The position numbers and the translations under genes are program-made. A stretch of DNA of 32,000 bases, taken from an uncultured Rhodanobacteraceae bacterium. Its GTDB lineage: Bacteria; Pseudomonadota; Gammaproteobacteria; Xanthomonadales; Rhodanobacteraceae. The stretch is taken from positions 84,389-116,388 of the forward strand of contig CAYXMH010000001.1 in assembly GCA_964466115.1 (NCBI GenBank). The letters are read 5' to 3'. Positions 27,895 through 32,000 of this stretch are shown piece after piece (the stretch's first letter is position 1; the number at the start of each line of letters is the position of its first letter). Below the pieces are notes generated by a model that had not been told where the DNA came from, ran no database searches, and was given only the letters and a program-made list of their open reading frames with translations.

Positions 27895-30513
27895 TCACTT
27901 CGGCGGCGATTCTGCCGCCGAATCGTGGGGAACCGCCAGCGCTATATTGCGAAACACGCGCTCGCGCTCCATCAGCATGTTCTCAAAGCTTGCCACTGCC
28001 AATGGCCGGCAGAACAAGTAACCTTGCAGTTCCTCACAATGGTTGGCGCGCAGAAAGTCCAAGTGCTCCTCCACCTCAACCCCCTCCGCGACGACTCCCC
28101 GGTTGAGATTATGCGCCATACTGATGGTGGCTTGAACAATTGCCTCATCGTCCGGGTCAACCCCGATATTGCGCACAAAGGATTGATCGATCTTGATGCG
28201 ATCGGCGGGAAACCGGCGGATATAATCGAGCGATGATTGGCCAGTGCCGAAATCGTCAATCGATATCTTGCAACCTAGGTTCCGCAACGCCTGTAGGGTT
28301 TCAATCAAATTGGGTATGGATTTAACGCTGATGCTTTCCGTTAACTCCAAATCGAGCAGTGTTGGGTCCAACTCGGCGTCGTTTAAAGCGTTGCGCACAA
28401 TTTGCACCAGATTCGGCTGCCGTAATTGCAATGCCGATAAATTCACGCTGATCCGTAACGGCAATCCAAAACGCAATTGCAAACGCCGCGTTTCGGCGCA
28501 TGCCGTGCGCAATACCCACTCGCCAATTGACACGATCAATCCGGTTTCTTCCGCCAACGGAATAAAGAACCCGGGGCTGATCATGCCAAGTTCGGGGTGT
28601 TCCCAACGAATCAGCGCTTCCATGCCGACGATGTCTTCGGTTTTGGTGTCCACTTGCGGCTGATAAAACACGCGCAATTCGTTGTTTTTCTCGGCTTGCC
28701 TGAGTTTCGCTTCCAACGCCAAGCGCTGCTGATGCGACTCTTCCGGCACCGCCACATAAATCTGGTAATTGTTTCGCCCCATGCCCTTGGCGCTGTACAT
28801 CGCCACATCCGAGTGTTTGAGCAGGCTTTCAGCGGTGGTCGCATCGTCCGGATAAAAACTAACACCCAAGCTCGCCGTGATTTGCAATTCCGCTCCGTCC
28901 GATAACGTGAGCGGCGCTTCCATTACACGGACGATTTTCTCAGCAATGCGCAATACATCATCGCGCTGCACAATATGGCGAAGAATTAAGGTGAATTCAT
29001 CGCCGGCATATCGCGCCACCGTATCCGATGCGCGCACACTGGCCCGCAAGCGCCTGGCCACGCCGATGAGCACTTCGTCACCAACCGAATGACCAAGACT
29101 GTCATTGATATTTTTAAACCGATCCAAATCCAAAAACAGCACCGCAAACATTTCACCGGTACGATGCGCGCCCTTGATCGTGGTTTCCAGTCGATCATTG
29201 AATAACAATCGATTTGGCAAGCCGGTCAGTACATCCTGCAAGCCTTTGGCACGACCTTGCTCGCGCGCACGGCGCAACTCAAGCTCGAGTGCCAAACGGC
29301 TGGTTACAACACGCAAAGTGTCCTTAACATCAGCCCCGGTCGGCAAAGGCCGGCGCCGCGCCAGCAATAAAGCGCCTAATACGGTATGGCGTTCATCGCG
29401 CAGGGGCAGCCCTAAAAACGCCTCAAACCGCGCGTGCGCTAAAAACAGATCCTGGCCTGCGCGCATCCACGCCTCGGATAAATGCACAATGGCGGTGCCT
29501 TCAAGCACCGTTTTAAGGCTTGATTGCTGCAGTGGATCGGGTGCATCGGCCGGCAAACTTAGGCGTTGGTAAGTCACCACCGGCTGCACTTCGCTGGCCT
29601 GTTCCGGGCGTGCGGACAACAGCATTAGAAAATCGAGTTCCATCGAGTCGATCAACAAGCGTGCGATGCGATTTAACCCCTCATCGCCGCCGCCACACTC
29701 CACCACCTGGGCCAACATCGCCAATGCCGCTTGATAGCGCACCGCCTCGCCCGGCTCACGCATGACCGTAAAGTGGATCAATCTGCCAGCCTGCAACGCC
29801 AACCGGGTATGCACATCAACTGCGTATGAACTGCCGTCGCCACGCGGTTTTTGGCAGCGATAACGCACCGAGCCTTCGCGTATAAGGCGCGCTAGAAACT
29901 CACGCCGCTGCTCCGCGCTATGACTGGTATCCAGCAGGCTCGTTGGTTGCCCGACAACCTGTGCCCGCGAATAACCCGAAACCTGTTCGAAGGTTGCGTT
30001 GACTTCGAGTATCCGTCCGGTTTTGGGATCGGAAATAATGATTTCATCCAGACTGCCATCAAATGCAAATTGATAGCGGTCTTCATTATTGTCGCTTGAA
30101 TTTCCCGTCGGGTTGTCCCGCCTTGCCAAAACCGATCGCACGCGCGCCAACACCTCAGCCGCTTCCACCGGGCTTCGAATCCATTCCACCACACCGGCGG
30201 GGCTATGCCCCCACCCCCATTGGCGCTCCGGCCCGTCGCTGACAATACCGATAACCGGCACTTGCGAGAGCTGGCTATCACCTTTGAGCTTGGTACAGAA
30301 AGCGACTGCCTCCGTTGCCGCCCCAATAAACTCCATGATCACCACGTCGATCTCGGTGTCTTGCTCCAGAAACGCCAACGCTTGCGACAAATCTTTGGCG
30401 GTATAGATCGCGTGAAAATCCTGTGCATCCAAGACGTCGAACAATACCCGGCGGTCGTCACGATGGGTGGTGACGATCAGCACCGAACCTTTACCGGTTT
30501 CCTCACGGCCCAT
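27895..30513 (-). CDS. Pseudo-receiver-PAS-GAF-like-GGDEF-EAL signalling protein
   Basis: About 870 aa; VLIVTTHRDDRRVLFDVLDAQDF receiver-like segment, PAS (FDGSLDEIIISDPKTGRILEVNATFEQVSGYSR), GGDEF (DVLTGLPNRLLFNDRL, RYAGDEFTLIL), EAL (MEALIRWEHPELG, LTESI, IDDFGTGQSSL). Start placed at the second Met (30513). Confidence 0.92.
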   Translation of the reverse strand: MGREETGKGSVLIVTTHRDDRRVLFDVLDAQDFHAIYTAKDLSQALAFLEQDTEIDVVIMEFIGAATEAVAFCTKLKGDSQLSQVPVIGIVSDGPERQWGWGHSPAGVVEWIRSPVEAAEVLARVRSVLARRDNPTGNSSDNNEDRYQFAFDGSLDEIIISDPKTGRILEVNATFEQVSGYSRAQVVGQPTSLLDTSHSAEQRREFLARLIREGSVRYRCQKPRGDGSSYAVDVHTRLALQAGRLIHFTVMREPGEAVRYQAALAMLAQVVECGGGDEGLNRIARLLIDSMELDFLMLLSARPEQASEVQPVVTYQRLSLPADAPDPLQQSSLKTVLEGTAIVHLSEAWMRAGQDLFLAHARFEAFLGLPLRDERHTVLGALLLARRRPLPTGADVKDTLRVVTSRLALELELRRAREQGRAKGLQDVLTGLPNRLLFNDRLETTIKGAHRTGEMFAVLFLDLDRFKNINDSLGHSVGDEVLIGVARRLRASVRASDTVARYAGDEFTLILRHIVQRDDVLRIAEKIVRVMEAPLTLSDGAELQITASLGVSFYPDDATTAESLLKHSDVAMYSAKGMGRNNYQIYVAVPEESHQQRLALEAKLRQAEKNNELRVFYQPQVDTKTEDIVGMEALIRWEHPELGMISPGFFIPLAEETGLIVSIGEWVLRTACAETRRLQLRFGLPLRISVNLSALQLRQPNLVQIVRNALNDAELDPTLLDLELTESISVKSIPNLIETLQALRNLGCKISIDDFGTGQSSLDYIRRFPADRIKIDQSFVRNIGVDPDDEAIVQATISMAHNLNRGVVAEGVEVEEHLDFLRANHCEELQGYLFCRPLAVASFENMLMERERVFRNIALAVPHDSAAESPPK

Positions 30514-31001
30514 CAAACCACCCAACGTCCGTCGCGCAAGCGCGGGTTTCCACTCGCCAAAGAATGATGCTTGATTCGTTCGATCAATTCCTCCAGACCA
30601 TCCGGCAATGGAACGGGTTCGCCGATGAATATCACTTTACGCTCGTGCCCGGTTCGAATGCGTGAAATTTGTCGCAACAACCCCGTATTCGGCGGGCGTA
30701 AATGTTCAACAAAATCGGTAAATAAATAAACGCCAAATTGCATGCTTTGCAAAATGTAACGCAATGCGTCCGTCATCCGTTTCGAACCCGGAACCCGCAC
30801 GTCGCCCTCACGCAAAGAGACGATCCCGCTATCGCCTTGCCATAAGTAAATCGATTGTCCGCCACGCAATGCCAGTTGGCGGAATTGGAGCACAATGTCC
30901 GCCGTGGTCGCCGTTTCGATCGCAATCAAATGGTGCCGAGATTGCACGATCTGCTCAAACAGTTTCGGCGTGACGAAATGGTCAGGGTTATCGGTTTTCA
31001 C
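30513..31001 (-). CDS. Small protein resembling the N-terminal non-catalytic domain of Ycf46-type AAA ATPases; no P-loop
   Basis: 162 aa; FEQIVQSRHHLIAIETATTADIVLQFRQLALRGGQSIYLWQGDSGI...FVEHLRPPNTGLLRQISRIRTGHERKVIFIGEPVPLPDGLEELIERIKH. Stop and downstream start share one nucleotide (TGATG). Confidence 0.6.
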   Translation of the reverse strand: MKTDNPDHFVTPKLFEQIVQSRHHLIAIETATTADIVLQFRQLALRGGQSIYLWQGDSGIVSLREGDVRVPGSKRMTDALRYILQSMQFGVYLFTDFVEHLRPPNTGLLRQISRIRTGHERKVIFIGEPVPLPDGLEELIERIKHHSLASGNPRLRDGRWVV

Positions 31002-31113
31002 GCTTCATGTGTTTTCTTAACAATTGCGTCTAAACTTACCCGGATAAGCACCGATTGACCAGAGGCGTATCTTCCCTGGATTATACCCCCACCCCACTTT
31101 TAAGCCGACCGCC

Positions 31114-32000
31114 ATGTTTGAAGGCCTGCGTTTCTCCCACTGGCACATCGAATTGGATAGCGAGCGTCTGTTGGTGCTTACGCTAAACCGGGCAGGTGCC
31201 TCGGTTAACAGCTTAAATCGAGCCGTGCTTGATGAGCTGAATTCGATCTGCGAGCGTCTGATGCTGGAACCACCCAACGGCGTGGTCATCCGCTCTGGAA
31301 AAGCGGCCGGCTTTGTCGCTGGGGCTGATATTCATGAATTTGAGCACTATGAACGGCAGGGTTCGGTGTTAACTGCCATTGAGTATGGGCAGCAGGTACT
31401 GAATGGTGTAGCGCGTCTACCCTGTCCCACCGTGGCGGCAATCCGCGGCCATTGCCTGGGAGGTGGCACCGAACTGGCACTGGCATGCCGTTATCGCGTA
31501 GCGGCCACTGAAACGTCTACCAAAATTGCCTTACCGGAAGTGAAACTCGGGATTCATCCCGGCTGGGGCGGCACCGCGCGCTTGCCACGCCTGATTGGAG
31601 CGCCGCAAGCGCTGGAGATCATGCTGAGCGGGCGCAATTTAAGTGCAGAAAATGCAAAAACCGTGGGCTTGGTTGATGCGATTTGCGCTCCCGATGCCTT
31701 GCTTCAAACCGCAAAGAACTGGGTGCGTCAGCCGCGCTCGCGGTCCTACCTGCAGCGCGGTCGCGCATTTATCACGAATACTTGGCCAGCACGGCAAATT
31801 CTGGCGCCGATCGTACGCAAACAAACGGCCGCCAAGGTGCGGTCGGATCAGTATCCGGCACCGTTTGCATTGATCGAGGTGTGGCGGCGCGGTGGATCCA
31901 AGCTGTCGCAACGACTAAGGCTCGAGGCACGCTCGGTGGCGAAACTCGCACAAACTCCCACCTGCCGCAACTTGATACGCGTATTTTTCTTGCAAGAGCA
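31114..32000 (+). CDS. Fatty acid oxidation complex alpha subunit (enoyl-CoA hydratase/3-hydroxyacyl-CoA dehydrogenase, FadJ/FadB-like), 5' part, truncated by window end
   Basis: Hand translation from ATG 31114: MFEGLRFSHWHIELDSERLLVLTLNRAGASVNSLN...AGFVAGADIHEF...RGHCLGGGTELALACRYRV...LPEVKLGIHPGWGGTARLPRLIG; crotonase signature with both catalytic-type Glu residues. Confidence 0.88.
   Translation, partial: MFEGLRFSHWHIELDSERLLVLTLNRAGASVNSLNRAVLDELNSICERLMLEPPNGVVIRSGKAAGFVAGADIHEFEHYERQGSVLTAIEYGQQVLNGVARLPCPTVAAIRGHCLGGGTELALACRYRVAATETSTKIALPEVKLGIHPGWGGTARLPRLIGAPQALEIMLSGRNLSAENAKTVGLVDAICAPDALLQTAKNWVRQPRSRSYLQRGRAFITNTWPARQILAPIVRKQTAAKVRSDQYPAPFALIEVWRRGGSKLSQRLRLEARSVAKLAQTPTCRNLIRVFFLQE

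Overview
This 32 kb window looks like a gammaproteobacterial chromosome and is mostly conserved housekeeping content. From the left: the 5' end of oligoribonuclease (minus); a contiguous recC-recB-recD operon (minus) with no ptrA between recC and recB; a REC/PAS/GGDEF/EAL c-di-GMP protein; exonuclease I (sbcB); a DUF2461/TIGR02453 protein; a PPP/HcaT-like MFS transporter; epmA and ligA (minus, overlapping); a CPA2 (Kef-type) antiporter; a ~1620-aa RHS/YD-repeat protein; rpoE-rseA-degP/mucD (minus); a second pseudo-receiver/PAS/GGDEF/EAL protein coupled to a small Ycf46-N-like ORF; and the 5' part of a fadJ/fadB-type fatty acid oxidation gene. The clearest accessory element is the RHS gene. It has a Sec-like signal peptide, a canonical RHS core boundary motif, an AT-richer unrecognised ~194-aa C-terminal tip with a hydrophobic end, no visible immunity gene, and a 5' leader that could fold over its RBS. 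The best cis-regulatory finding is a consensus-grade sigma-E promoter (GGAACTT-N16-TCCAA) upstream of degP/mucD, plus a weaker one with the same spacing upstream of rpoE. I see no CRISPR array, tRNA/rRNA, or complete integrase/transposase, and no convincing multi-gene undescribed defence system.
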